Shown in pieces: positions 19,493 to 29,980 of a DNA stretch of 64,000 nucleotides (position 1 is the stretch's first letter; the number at the start of each line of letters is the position of its first letter). The DNA comes from an uncultured delta proteobacterium (GTDB lineage Bacteria > Desulfobacterota > Desulfobacteria > Desulfobacterales > UBA2156): NCBI GenBank assembly GCA_963736855.1, contig CAVTQK010000023.1, forward strand, positions 92,195 through 156,194. Direction: 5' to 3'. A program made the translations under genes and the position numbers. The notes beneath the pieces are model-generated. The model was not told the origin of the DNA, did not search any database, and worked only from the letters and a program-made list of their open reading frames with translations.

Positions 19493-21481
19493 ATGACCAT
19501 GAAAACGTTAAGAAAATCGTTGGTGTTTTTGTTTTTAATCTGCCTGGCCGGTTCGGGACTTTTAGCAGCTGCCCAGGTTTCCGGACAGCCCGCTCCAGGA
19601 TCGGCGGCGCCGGTTTTCACATTAAAGGATGTCTTTGGACGGCCATATGATCTTTCAAGCATGCAAGACCGGCCAATGATCATCCTCTATTTTTTTGATG
19701 CAACATCCAAGGCGAGCCGAACCGGTTTGCAGCACCTCGATCAGTTGTCGCGAACCTATAAAGATGCGGAGCTGGTTGTTTGGGGGATCACCCGGTCCGC
19801 TGCAAGCCATGTGAACGATTTCGTTACCAAGGCCGATCTGCAATTTCCCGTTTTAGTCGATACAGAGAAAGTCAGCGACACATACCAGGCCTCGACCATC
19901 CTGCCCACGGTGTATATTCTCGGTCCGAGATTTAAAGTCCTTGATATTTTTCAGGGAGGCGGAAAAACCACCGAGGTCATGTTGACTCGGCTGGCCTCCA
20001 GACAACTGGATCGCAAACAGACGATGATGGCCAAGGCTATCAGCCGGGAAGTCGAGAAAAACGACCCCGGGAATGTGGAGGCTAAAACCATCATGGGATA
20101 CGCCGCCCTTAAGGAACGTAACTTCCCCGAGGCGGAAAAGAACTTTAAGGAAGTTACCACCCTCAAAGGGGAGGGAGAAATTCTAGGAAAAGAAGGATTG
20201 TCCGCAGTTTATGCTCAAAAAGGCGAAACCGATAAGGCCCTGGCTCTGGCAACGGAAGTGGAAGGAAAAGCGCCGGATCGCGCCTATGTCAATGTGGTGA
20301 AAGGCGACATGCTATACAGCCAGGGGAAAAAAGAAGCAGCCGCAGCCGAATACAACAAAGCGGTTAACAAACCAGAAGGCGAACCGTTCCAAAAGGCGGT
20401 TGCCCTCAATCAATTGGGTCGTATGCAATCCAACCAGGGTCATTATGACTCGGCCCGAAGTCTTTACGATCAGGCTGTAGAAATCAACCCTTATTACATT
20501 GAGGCTACATCCAACAAAGGGGTCAGCTATCAAAAAGAAGGCGATTGGGCCAAGGCACATGAAGCTTTCAAGGCGGCTCTTGACCTGAGCAGGAATGATA
20601 CCTATGCAGCCGTATTGGCAAAACAAAGCGAGGAAATGCTGGCGCTGCAAAAAGATTCGGCCAGAAGGGAAAGGGTCGATAAACTGGTAAAAGAGCTGGC
20701 CGAGCGTTACAAGAGCCAGAAGCCGATCTTCTTCGGAAAAAAAGATGAGTGGACGTCCCGACCCATGATCCTGACCTTTGTGGATATGCAGGAACAAGGT
20801 GCTCTGGCTCAAAGGGATGGAACTCCCGCTGTTTTAAGCAACTTATTAACCGGCCATTTGAACACTTCCGGCCGCGTCCAGGTAGTGGAGCGGGTCCTCA
20901 TCGAACGGCTTCTTGAAGAATTAAATCTGGGGTCATCGGACCTTGCCGATCCGGAAACGGCATTGAAACTCGGAAGGATATTGGCTGCCAAACTGATCGG
21001 TACCGGAATGATTGTTCACATGCCGGATAAAACGCTGTTGTCCATGAGACTCATCGATACCGAAACTTCCGCCGTTGCAAGGGTTTTCACCCGGAAGATG
21101 GATCCATCCGCGCCCCTTGAGACGGAACTTAAAGCGCTGGATCAGGAGATTTTAAAGGCCGTCATCACCAAATATCCGTTGCGGGGATATCTGGTCCAGG
21201 TGGATAAAGATCGGGTAACGGTCAACTTGGGGACCAATCAGGGCGTTGTGATGGGCACTAAGTTCGAGGTCATCCAGTCGGGCAAACCCATCAAGTACAA
21301 AGGCAAAGAACTCGAAGGGCCGGCCCAGGTCATCGGTGAGCTGGAAGTGGTGGAAACCGGTCCGGATATGTCTTTTGCCACGGTTATTCAAGCCGACCGA
21401 CCCTTACAAAAAGACGACAGGGTAAAGGAAAAGCTGGAAGATGTGGTGGCGATGGAGGGAAAAGATGCGGCAAAAGAATAA
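19493..21481 (+). CDS. Exported redoxin-fold + TPR + CsgG-like + FlgT-C-like multidomain protein
   Basis: Signal peptide; APVFTLKD redoxin start; TPR helices; VVER..LLEELNLGSSDL (CsgG fold); VNLG..QGV..G..F. Confidence 0.75.
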   Translation: MTMKTLRKSLVFLFLICLAGSGLLAAAQVSGQPAPGSAAPVFTLKDVFGRPYDLSSMQDRPMIILYFFDATSKASRTGLQHLDQLSRTYKDAELVVWGITRSAASHVNDFVTKADLQFPVLVDTEKVSDTYQASTILPTVYILGPRFKVLDIFQGGGKTTEVMLTRLASRQLDRKQTMMAKAISREVEKNDPGNVEAKTIMGYAALKERNFPEAEKNFKEVTTLKGEGEILGKEGLSAVYAQKGETDKALALATEVEGKAPDRAYVNVVKGDMLYSQGKKEAAAAEYNKAVNKPEGEPFQKAVALNQLGRMQSNQGHYDSARSLYDQAVEINPYYIEATSNKGVSYQKEGDWAKAHEAFKAALDLSRNDTYAAVLAKQSEEMLALQKDSARRERVDKLVKELAERYKSQKPIFFGKKDEWTSRPMILTFVDMQEQGALAQRDGTPAVLSNLLTGHLNTSGRVQVVERVLIERLLEELNLGSSDLADPETALKLGRILAAKLIGTGMIVHMPDKTLLSMRLIDTETSAVARVFTRKMDPSAPLETELKALDQEILKAVITKYPLRGYLVQVDKDRVTVNLGTNQGVVMGTKFEVIQSGKPIKYKGKELEGPAQVIGELEVVETGPDMSFATVIQADRPLQKDDRVKEKLEDVVAMEGKDAAKE

Positions 21482-21980
21482 ACTGCCGTTAGCCGTTGTG
21501 ATCGTCCTGGTTCTTGCCGGATGTGCGGGTGCGCCGCCTGTCCCCGAAAGTATGGATTATGGATCCGGGACGATCGTTGCCCTGTGGAACCTGGAAGACC
21601 TCAGTCCCGTTAAAAGCAGCCAACCGGAACTTGCGGAATTTATTTCCACATCAATTATCGAGACCCTCGAAAGCCGCTGTGAGTTTAGAATCGTTGAACG
21701 GGAAAAATTGATTTTGGCCCTGGAAGAACTCCACATAGGGTCCAGCGAATTGGCCAGTGAAAGCACACGGCTGAAGATCGGCAGGATTTTAGGGGCCGAA
21801 CTTATGCTCTTCGGCGCCTATCAGGTCATCGGTGACATCGTTCGCCTGGACCTGCGGCTCGTGGATGTGGAGCGGGGTCTCGTCGTTAAGGTCGCTTCCA
21901 GCGAAGTTGCCGCAAAGGATCTCGACGCCCGTCTCAAAGGGGTCGAAACAGCCGCAGCGGAGTTATGCGAATCCCCATGA
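21465..21980 (+). CDS. CsgG-like lipoprotein
   Basis: Lipobox LAGC; IVEREKL..ALEEL.IG..A....LKIGRILGA. Confidence 0.75.
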   Translation: MRQKNKLPLAVVIVLVLAGCAGAPPVPESMDYGSGTIVALWNLEDLSPVKSSQPELAEFISTSIIETLESRCEFRIVEREKLILALEELHIGSSELASESTRLKIGRILGAELMLFGAYQVIGDIVRLDLRLVDVERGLVVKVASSEVAAKDLDARLKGVETAAAELCESP

Positions 21981-22022
21981 TAGGGGATGCGCTGCTGATC
22001 GACCCCGGCCCTTTCCTCTCAT

Positions 22023-23397
22023 TCAAGAAGCCGATATTTGCTTCTCTGGAAAAAAGGAAAGCAATTTTATTTTTCGATTTAATCCACATGTAAAGAAAAA
22101 GGACTGTATGCCACTTAAAGGGTTGCCCGCTACATCCGAAAACCCTTCAAGGTTAAAAGTTATATAGATGGTGGACATTAGGGTGGTTAGTGATATGGGA
22201 CACAGTATGCATTAGTGTTTTCCATGACATGATAAGTGCTGTATTATTGTTCTCCCATGCTGGTATTACCAATATGTCCAGCCTGAAATCACGGTCTGGT
22301 ACGACCCTGCCTGCGGATGAATTCATGGCTTCTGAAAAATAAAATACGATTTGTTGCTCAATTCTGCTGTAACACCCTATTGTGCTACCAGCCGATGGAG
22401 AAGTTCCCGTCACTGTCGGAGGTGTGGTGTCGGTCGGAGGCGGCGGCGGTGGATTATCCTCCTCTTCTTCATCATCCTTTAGAGCCGTCGCCGCATAATA
22501 TCCGCCTGCACCGACGGCTGCCAAGCCGAGGATTACGGCCGCGGTCTTTCCCGCTCCGCCTGATTTCGGTTCGATCTTGGCTTCCGGGGTCGATTCTTTA
22601 GGCTTTGGTGTTTCTGCGCTTTTGGATGTAAGTCCCAGCGTGTTGATCTCGTTCAACGCCTCCTTGGCCGGCACCAGGTTCGGGTCTTTGGCCAATGCCT
22701 GGTTATAAAGGTCGGCAGCCTGAGCATAATTTCCGTGATCGCTGGCATCGATTCCCTTGAATAACAGCATCAAGGCCGGAATGCTGGCGGTAACGGGCTT
22801 TTCCAGTTCCGCCTTCTGATCCGGGGTCAATGTAATGTCCATGAGCCGGACAATCTCAAACAGGATCTGTTTTTCAATGGCAATCAGATCCTCCAGATTG
22901 CCTTCAGCGGCAGCCTGGTTGACGATCTTTTGATTGGAGACATTCAAAAGCCTGGGATCAACCCGCAACTGGGTGGCTTTTCCCTTAAGGATATCCCCGC
23001 CGGATAAAAACCGGGCCCCCACCAGTTTTCCTATCCTCGGAACGGTTTCCTTATCCACCAGACCCGTTTTGCCCAGCTCAATCTCCTCCAATATGGCCTG
23101 AAGCCTGGCCCTCTCCACGACCTTAAAATCTTTTAACTTGGCAAGATCGGTTGTCAGCATGACCGATAACCCCTTTTGAAGGGGATTATAGGACTCGTTG
23201 CCGGTTAAATTCTGGTAATACAGGACGGCAACGGATTTGGATGAAGGAACGGCAGGGAGCGATTTTTCATTGGCAATGGCTTGTTTGGCCCACTGAGTTA
23301 TGTCCTTGGTGACGACTTGTCCCGTAAAACCTAACCCCGGATGGAAAAGTCCGATGAATAAAAAAAGGCCGATAGTCCCCAGAGCTGTTTTTTTCAT
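22023..23397 (-). CDS. CsgG-like + TPR + Ig-like (Big_5/SbsA-type) exported protein; C-terminal frameshift ~22200
   Basis: VVERARLQAILEE; TPR; DTTPPTVTGTSP Ig start; Ig end (FSDVAGNPLSG..FFF) lies in another frame below 22170. Confidence 0.65.
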
Positions 23398-23723
23398 GTC
23401 GCCTCCCCGGCTGAGTGTTTGATGGCGAATCAACAGAATATGTAATGGCACAAATTGCTTCTCTAAGAGTCATCATCAATCATAAATATCCGGGCTAAGT
23501 CAAGATTTTTCTGGCAATGCTGTTTCAAGGGTTTTATTTCAAGGTCTTGCGGTTGAAATTCGGATTTGAGCCACCGAAAACATCGGCTATTTTGTCTCAC
23601 GATGTCTTCCCATCCTTGAACTTAAAAGGGTAGAAATGATAGAAGCAGTACCCAAAGCGGTGAACGAAATGGCACACGACAGGGCCTTTTCCCGGCTTTT
23701 CCCCATTGCCTCCCCTTTCAATT

Positions 23724-24239
23724 TCAAACTAATTTTTTCGCGGCTTCGAGTACAGGCGTGTAGTCCGGTTCATGTGTTGTTTCCTTAACCAGTTGTATAT
23801 ATCGGATCACTCCCTTCCTGTCGATGACAAAGACGGCGCGGGCCAGAAGCCGGAGCTCTTTGATGAGCACACCGAAAGCCAGCCCCAGATCGGCTGTCCG
23901 ATGGTCTGAAAGAGTGATAACCTGATCCACCCCCGCAGCACCGCACCAACGCTTCTGGGCAAAAGGCAAATCCATGCTCACCGTCAGGATGACCACATCT
24001 TTCCCGAGTCCGGAAGCCTCCTTGTTGAACCTCCGGGTTTCCATATCACAAACCGATGTATCCAAGGACGAGACAGTGGACAAGATGACCACCTTGTCTC
24101 GATAGTCTGAAACTTTCACCGGTTTTAGGTCATTGCTCAGCAGCTCCACATCCGGGGCCGCTTCCCCCACCTTGACCTCATTTCCCAGCAGAGTGAGGGG
24201 GTTTTGATGCGATGTGATTAACTTGCCTCTTTCTTTCAT
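23724..24239 (-). CDS. tpx: Thiol peroxidase
   Basis: SLDTSVC, SMDLPFAQKRWCGA, LLARAVFV, EPDY. Confidence 0.95.
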   Translation of the reverse strand: MKERGKLITSHQNPLTLLGNEVKVGEAAPDVELLSNDLKPVKVSDYRDKVVILSTVSSLDTSVCDMETRRFNKEASGLGKDVVILTVSMDLPFAQKRWCGAAGVDQVITLSDHRTADLGLAFGVLIKELRLLARAVFVIDRKGVIRYIQLVKETTHEPDYTPVLEAAKKLV

Positions 24240-24499
24240 CGGTTTGCCTCCTATTTTCAATGGACTTCAAAGAATTTGACTGCGATGAATGTAATACGCA
24301 AACCCGCTTAGTCAATCGTGTAAAAAACGATCCGATCAAATCGATCCATTTTAAAAAAGGAGACTTATAAAGAAACTCTCTTTGTTAATGTGGTCGACAG
24401 ATGAATGACAGCTCCCCTTCTTTTAATGCTACATTAGAAATGAATTAGAATTGTTTAAGGAGATGGGATCCTCCAGATTACAAACGATGTATTTTTTTA

Positions 24500-24529
24500 T
24501 TGACAAAAACATTTCAATCTTTATAGATT
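24500..24529 (+). promoter_or_regulatory. Putative sigma70 promoter of the arsR-ABC operon
   Basis: TTGACA-18 nt-TAGATT. Confidence 0.5.
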
Positions 24530-24548
24530 TATTTAAGATAATATTTAA

Positions 24549-25058
24549 TTGGTTGGAGCAACGCCCTTGATTGAGCAATTGAAAGCCCTGGCTGACGAAA
24601 AGCGGCTGAAAATTCTGAAAATGCTTTTAAGCAGCGATTTGTGTGTCGGCGCACTTGCCAAACGTCTGGGCGCCTCCAAGCCGGCCGTTTCCCAACATCT
24701 TCGCATCTTGCGCAAAGCCGGGCTTGTCAGGGGGGAAAAGCGCGGCTACTGGACCCATTACGCGGTGAACGGACAGGCCCTGGTTCAGCTCGCCGACCAC
24801 CTGGACGTTCTGGCGACAACGAAGAGTCCCGCCGTCGCCATTTGCCGACGGATATCCGAACCGTCTTTGAATCATCAAGCATTAAAGGAGGAAGAAATGT
24901 GTCAAAATTGTTGTCAACAGCCCGTCCAATTGAAAGATAAACCGGAAAACTGCACCCCGGAACAGATTCAAAAATGCCATGGGGACGTTCAAGGGCATCC
25001 CTGCATCGAACCCGTTCATAAAGGTAGTGAAAAAAATCATCCGAAAATTAAAAAATGA
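24549..25058 (+). CDS. ArsR/SmtB regulator with Cys-rich C-terminal extension
   Basis: LKALADEKRLKIL, DLCVG, AVSQHLRILRKAGLV; tail CQNCC..C..CHG..HPC. Confidence 0.9.
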   Translation: MVGATPLIEQLKALADEKRLKILKMLLSSDLCVGALAKRLGASKPAVSQHLRILRKAGLVRGEKRGYWTHYAVNGQALVQLADHLDVLATTKSPAVAICRRISEPSLNHQALKEEEMCQNCCQQPVQLKDKPENCTPEQIQKCHGDVQGHPCIEPVHKGSEKNHPKIKK

Positions 25059-26029
25059 CCGAGGCCATTTCCGTTCAAAATCTGGCCAAGCGCTTCGACA
25101 ACGTCGAAGCGGTCGCGGGGATTTCGTTTGCCGTTGAAAGAGGAGAACTGTTCGGTTTCCTCGGACCCAACGGTGCGGGAAAAACCACAACCATCAATAT
25201 GCTTACGGGCCTGGCCCGCCCTGATACGGGATCCATCCGTATCGGCGGAATCGACTGTACGACCCACCCCAGGGCGGCCCAGCATTTGATCGGTGTGGTT
25301 CCGGATGAAAGCAATCTGTATCCGGAACTTACCGGCTTCGACAACCTGTGTTTTTGTGCGGCGCTTTACGGTATAGGTAAGGCCGAGCGGCGAACACGAG
25401 CCCGGGAGCTTCTGGAAACTTTCGGTTTGCTTCAGGCAGCGGACCGCAATTTCGGTGGCTATTCCAGGGGGATGAAACGCAAACTCACCATCGCCGCCGG
25501 CATCATCCATAAACCGGAAATTCTTTTCTTAGACGAGCCTACCACGGGGATTGATGTGGCCTCCGCCCGGCAACTCCGTAAGCACATCGCCGATCTGCAC
25601 CGGTCCGGAACCACCATTTTTTTAACCACACATTATATCGATGAGGCGGAACGGCTTTGCGGCCGGGTCACGTTTATCGTGTCCGGACGCATCGTGGGCA
25701 TCGACACAGTGGAGCACCTGATCCAGCCCATCCAGACAAAACATATTGTCCAGATCTCCTTCGCAAACGGACCCTCCGACGTATCGAAGAAACTTGCAGA
25801 AGCTTTCCCCGATCTGGAATTTACTCTTCCGGGACAAGGCCTTATTCGGGTGGAAAGTGACCGAGTCGTACGCGTCGGAGAAGTGGTCCGTTTCCTGGAA
25901 GACCACGGAATCGAGGTCTCGGAAGCCCGGAGGATGCGGCCGTCTTTGGAGGATGTCTTCGTGAGAATCACCGGTATCGAGACAGACACCATGCACAAAG
26001 AAAAAGAAAAAAAAGGAGGCTGGTTATAA
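25055..26029 (+). CDS. ABC transporter ATP-binding protein (DrrA-like)
   Basis: GPNGAGKTT, YSRGM, LDEPTTG. Confidence 0.95.
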   Translation: MTEAISVQNLAKRFDNVEAVAGISFAVERGELFGFLGPNGAGKTTTINMLTGLARPDTGSIRIGGIDCTTHPRAAQHLIGVVPDESNLYPELTGFDNLCFCAALYGIGKAERRTRARELLETFGLLQAADRNFGGYSRGMKRKLTIAAGIIHKPEILFLDEPTTGIDVASARQLRKHIADLHRSGTTIFLTTHYIDEAERLCGRVTFIVSGRIVGIDTVEHLIQPIQTKHIVQISFANGPSDVSKKLAEAFPDLEFTLPGQGLIRVESDRVVRVGEVVRFLEDHGIEVSEARRMRPSLEDVFVRITGIETDTMHKEKEKKGGWL

Positions 26030-26763
26030 AATCCTGGATCGCCTTCTGGAACATCCTGGTCAAAGACATGCGGACCTATTATCTCAAGCCGCCCAACATC
26101 AGTTGGGGACTCATCTTTCCCCTGGCATGGACAGGAATGTTTTTCATCAAATCCGGAAGCGGCCTGGGAAGCATCCCGACATTGCTTCCGGGCGTGACGG
26201 CCATCTCCATTTTGTTCGGAACCACATCTTTGCTTGCGGTCACTGTGACTTTCGAAAAGAAAAATAGATCCTTCGAGCGCCTCCTGCTTGCGCCGCTTCC
26301 ACTTGAGATTCTGATGCTTGCCAAGACCTCCGGCGCCGTTTTGTTCGGCGTGGCCAACGCCTTCGTTCCGGTGGCCATGGCCGCCTGTATTACGGATCTC
26401 TCCCCGATCGCCTGGCGCTTGTTTATCCCGGCGGTGTTCCTGATTTCCGTGGCATCCACCTTTCTGGGCCTTTTTATCGCCGTGGCCGTAAGCGAAGTCT
26501 TTGAGGCCCAAACCTTCTCCAATTTCTTCCGGTTTCCCATGATTTTTTTATGCGGGCTCTTTTTCCCTATCGAGAAGCTGCCCGCGTTTCTCAAACCCAT
26601 CTCGTATGTGCTCCCCCTGACTTATGGCGCCGATGTTCTTCACGGTGCCGTGCATGGCGAGCATGCCATACCCTTCTTTCTCGATTTCATCCTCCTTGCC
26701 GCATTTTGTATCGGATTGTTTTTCCTGAGTCTCCGCAACATCAGGAAGCGTTGGATTGTCTGA
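26026..26763 (+). CDS. ABC-2 type permease (ATA at 26026 or ATG at 26068 as start)
   Basis: Six hydrophobic segments, FLCGLFFP..LP..L..ISY.LPLTY. Confidence 0.9.
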   Translation: MKSWIAFWNILVKDMRTYYLKPPNISWGLIFPLAWTGMFFIKSGSGLGSIPTLLPGVTAISILFGTTSLLAVTVTFEKKNRSFERLLLAPLPLEILMLAKTSGAVLFGVANAFVPVAMAACITDLSPIAWRLFIPAVFLISVASTFLGLFIAVAVSEVFEAQTFSNFFRFPMIFLCGLFFPIEKLPAFLKPISYVLPLTYGADVLHGAVHGEHAIPFFLDFILLAAFCIGLFFLSLRNIRKRWIV

Positions 26764-26772
26764 CGGCACGAT

Positions 26773-27294
26773 CTAGTCGAAAACGAAATCCGCAAGATAG
26801 ACCGACAGCTTTTCCCGGTTTTCCGGCGTGAGTTCCGGGCAATCGTCGATACCACGGCCGCCTTCAACCACATGGGCCGCAAAGACCATGCATGTAGGCC
26901 GGCCGCATTTTTTACAGTTGGTTTTCGGCAGAAGACTCAGAATCTTTATCAGTTGAGGTTTGGTTTTTCCCGTGTAGCACGGAGTGATCGTTTCCCGGTT
27001 CTTCCATGCCTGATTGATTTCCGTCTTCAGCCATTCTAGAACACGGTCTGCTTCAATGTCATCCTCCAGGGCGTTGACAGCGATCTCCCTTGGGGCCACC
27101 TTGATGATTTTACCGTGGTGATGAAACATTACCAACGGTGGATCACTGAAATACTGGGTGCCTCCGAGAACGGCGTTCAGATAAGGCAGAACCTCGCCGA
27201 TATCCTCGTTCAGACGCGCGATGCAGTGCACCGATTCGAAACTCGGGTTGCACTCGGGCCGAAAAATCTCTTTGACATACCCGGTCAGTAACAT
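26773..27294 (-). CDS. Fe-S cluster domain protein
   Basis: LPKTNCKKCG.PTC..FA...CP motif. Confidence 0.85.
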   Translation of the reverse strand: MLLTGYVKEIFRPECNPSFESVHCIARLNEDIGEVLPYLNAVLGGTQYFSDPPLVMFHHHGKIIKVAPREIAVNALEDDIEADRVLEWLKTEINQAWKNRETITPCYTGKTKPQLIKILSLLPKTNCKKCGRPTCMVFAAHVVEGGRGIDDCPELTPENREKLSVYLADFVFD

Positions 27295-27381
27295 GGGTCC
27301 TCCCACTATTTCCAATGTCCATTAAATATTTTTGGAGATAACCCCCGGCAACTTTTGTAATATTTAAAATCCCTCTTTCCT

Positions 27382-28401
27382 TCAGCGATTATTTTCCGCG
27401 GTTGGATCCGCTTTTTCTTCCACCGGACCCCATTCCATCTTTCCTTCCTTTAAGATCCGCACACAGGCATCCACCACATCGGTGTCGTATTTGATCCCCC
27501 GCCAGGAGGTTAATTCCTCCAGGGCCGCCTGCATCCCCACCGCGGGCCGATAGGGACGGAAACAGCACATGGCATCCACAACATCGGCCACACCGAGAAT
27601 GCGCGCTTCGAGTAAAATGGCATCCCCTTTCAGCCCCCGGGGATATCCGGAACCGTCCATACGCTCATGATGTTGATAGATGACCTCGGCCAAGGGCCAT
27701 GGAAAATCGATGTCTTTTAAAATATCGTAGGCGGCCTTGGGGTGATTCTGGATAATGGCCAGTTCATGCCCCGTTACGCTTCCCGACCGGTTCAAGATGG
27801 CCTGGGGCACAAAAATTTTTCCCAGATCATGAATGGCGGCAGCCATACGCAACCCTTCGGTGCGTTCCCATGAAAAACCCAGTTCCCGGGCGATCCTCCG
27901 ACAGAGCTTTGTAACCCGGCGCTGGTGACCGGCGGTGTTAGGGTCCCGCATTTCAATGGCCATGGACATGGCCTGAATCACGCCTCCCATGGCTTTCCGG
28001 AATTTTTCCCGGCTTTCATAAAGGGGAGTCATATCGCTGACGATTTCGATTATACCGGCCAACTTGCCGTCGGCTGTCCGGTAACCGGTGGCGGTAATAA
28101 TGCCGGGGGCGCTGCGACCGCACGCGTAATGCTTATCCCCTTCGTAGCGAAGCTGTTCCACGCCGTCTCGGATACGATTCATGGGGCAGGCTTGCGTCCG
28201 GCACAAGTCTCCCGGAAATACCTCATAGCATTTTTCCCCGATCGCCTGAGACCGTGAAATGCCCGACAAGCCCGAAAACGCCGCATTCACCCAGAGTATG
28301 TTGAAATCCGTATCGATGACGACTACGGCGTTAGGCACGGCCTCCAGGACCTGCCGATAATCCAGTTCATCCTTTGGATCAACACGCTTTTTAGCCTTCA
28401 T
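27382..28401 (-). CDS. PAS + HD-GYP phosphodiesterase
   Basis: PAS N-terminus; HDLGK, HHERMDGSGYP. Confidence 0.93.
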   Translation of the reverse strand: MKAKKRVDPKDELDYRQVLEAVPNAVVVIDTDFNILWVNAAFSGLSGISRSQAIGEKCYEVFPGDLCRTQACPMNRIRDGVEQLRYEGDKHYACGRSAPGIITATGYRTADGKLAGIIEIVSDMTPLYESREKFRKAMGGVIQAMSMAIEMRDPNTAGHQRRVTKLCRRIARELGFSWERTEGLRMAAAIHDLGKIFVPQAILNRSGSVTGHELAIIQNHPKAAYDILKDIDFPWPLAEVIYQHHERMDGSGYPRGLKGDAILLEARILGVADVVDAMCCFRPYRPAVGMQAALEELTSWRGIKYDTDVVDACVRILKEGKMEWGPVEEKADPTAENNR

Positions 28402-28481
28402 AATATGTTACTTTCGAATTAAATCTTGCATGGATTGGTGTTGTATCCACACGGTTTTAGGCACACCGGGCATGAAGCCGC

Positions 28482-29573
28482 TCACGGCTTGCAGGTCACA
28501 TGGCATACTCCGGTGGGAGTTTCCACTGCATAGGGAAAATATTTCCCTTTGAACCATGAAGCCACGTTGACCAGGCTGATCAATACCGGCACTTCCACCA
28601 GAGGCCCGATGACCGCCGCAAAGGCTTCGCCGGAGTTGATTCCGAAGACCGCCACGGCCACGGCGATGGCCAGCTCAAAATTGTTCGACGCCGCGGTAAA
28701 CGACAGCGTGGTGGTCTGCTCATAGGTCGCCTTGAATTTCATGGACATGAAAAAAGTGATCAGAAACATGACCAAAAAATAGATGCACAACGGAATGGCG
28801 ATCCGCACCACATCCAGAGGAAGTTTCACGATGTATTCCCCCTTCAAAGAGAACATGACCACGATGGTAAAGAGCAAGGCGATGAGGGTGATGGGGCTGA
28901 TCTTGGGAATGAATCGTTCATGGTACCACTTTTCCCCCTTGGTCTTCAGGCCGATGATGCGGGTGATCAATCCGGCAATAAACGGAATGCCCAGGTAGAT
29001 GAAAACGCTTTCGGCGATCTGCCCGATGGTGACATCCACGGTGGAGCCTTCGAGCCCGAACCACCCGGGAAGGATGGTGATGAAAAACCAGGCATAAACC
29101 GAGAAGAAAAGCACCTGAAAGATGGAGTTGAAGGCCACCAGCCCGGCACAGTATTCGGCGTCGCCTTTGGCCAGATCGTTCCAGACCAGGACCATGGCGA
29201 TGCACCGGGCCAGGCCGATCATGATCAACCCCACCATGTATTCGTGATGACCGGAAAGAAACGCAATCGCCAAAAAAAACATCAGGATCGGCCCGATGAC
29301 CCAGTTCTGGACCAGGGACAAACCGAGAATCTTGACATCCCGAAAGACAAACCCGAGTTTCTCATACCGCACCTTGGCCAGAGGCGGATACATCATCAGT
29401 ATCAGACCGACGGCAATGGGAATATTGGTGGTCCCCACCTGGAAGATATTGATGAAATCCCGAACCCCTGGATAGAGATACCCACCGAATACCCCGACAG
29501 CCATGGCTAAAAAGATCCACAAAGTGAGAAATCGGTCCAGGAAACTTAATTTCTTGATGGTCGATCCGGTCAT
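28482..29573 (-). CDS. acr3: Acr3-family arsenite efflux transporter
   Basis: [36 protein letters not shown]. Confidence 0.95.
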   Translation of the reverse strand: MTGSTIKKLSFLDRFLTLWIFLAMAVGVFGGYLYPGVRDFINIFQVGTTNIPIAVGLILMMYPPLAKVRYEKLGFVFRDVKILGLSLVQNWVIGPILMFFLAIAFLSGHHEYMVGLIMIGLARCIAMVLVWNDLAKGDAEYCAGLVAFNSIFQVLFFSVYAWFFITILPGWFGLEGSTVDVTIGQIAESVFIYLGIPFIAGLITRIIGLKTKGEKWYHERFIPKISPITLIALLFTIVVMFSLKGEYIVKLPLDVVRIAIPLCIYFLVMFLITFFMSMKFKATYEQTTTLSFTAASNNFELAIAVAVAVFGINSGEAFAAVIGPLVEVPVLISLVNVASWFKGKYFPYAVETPTGVCHVTCKP

Positions 29574-29607
29574 AAGGCCTCCTATAGAATAATGAGCGAC
29601 TCCTGGA

Positions 29608-29980
29608 TTAGTGGGAAAAATCACGACAAACCGGTTGGGGCCTGCCCATACTATAGGGCGTCATCACGATCTGCCACAATTGAATGCTTTGCGCCCGGAA
29701 AGCCCCGGCGCAGGAAAGGAGGTAATACTCCCACATACGCTTGAAACGACCATCGTATTTCTTTTCCAATCGGGGCCAGGCCTTTTGAAAGTTACGGTTC
29801 CAGGCCATGAGGGTGCAGTCGTAGTGGAGCCCGAGATTGTGCCAATCCTCGATGACAAAAAGATTTTCGGCCGCTTTGGTCATAGTGTCGTTCGGCGATT
29901 TTTCGGGCACGCACCCTGGACTGGAGGTTGAAGAGCACCGCCGGCAATAACCGGAGTTGGTGCCGTAGGCTTCCCCGCAT
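29608..29980 (-). pseudogene. cfa: Cyclopropane fatty-acyl-phospholipid synthase remnant (5'-truncated, internally deleted)
   Basis: LFNLQS..RA..IAERHYD directly joined to EDWHN...RMWEYYLLSCAGAFRA..IQLWQ. Confidence 0.8.
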
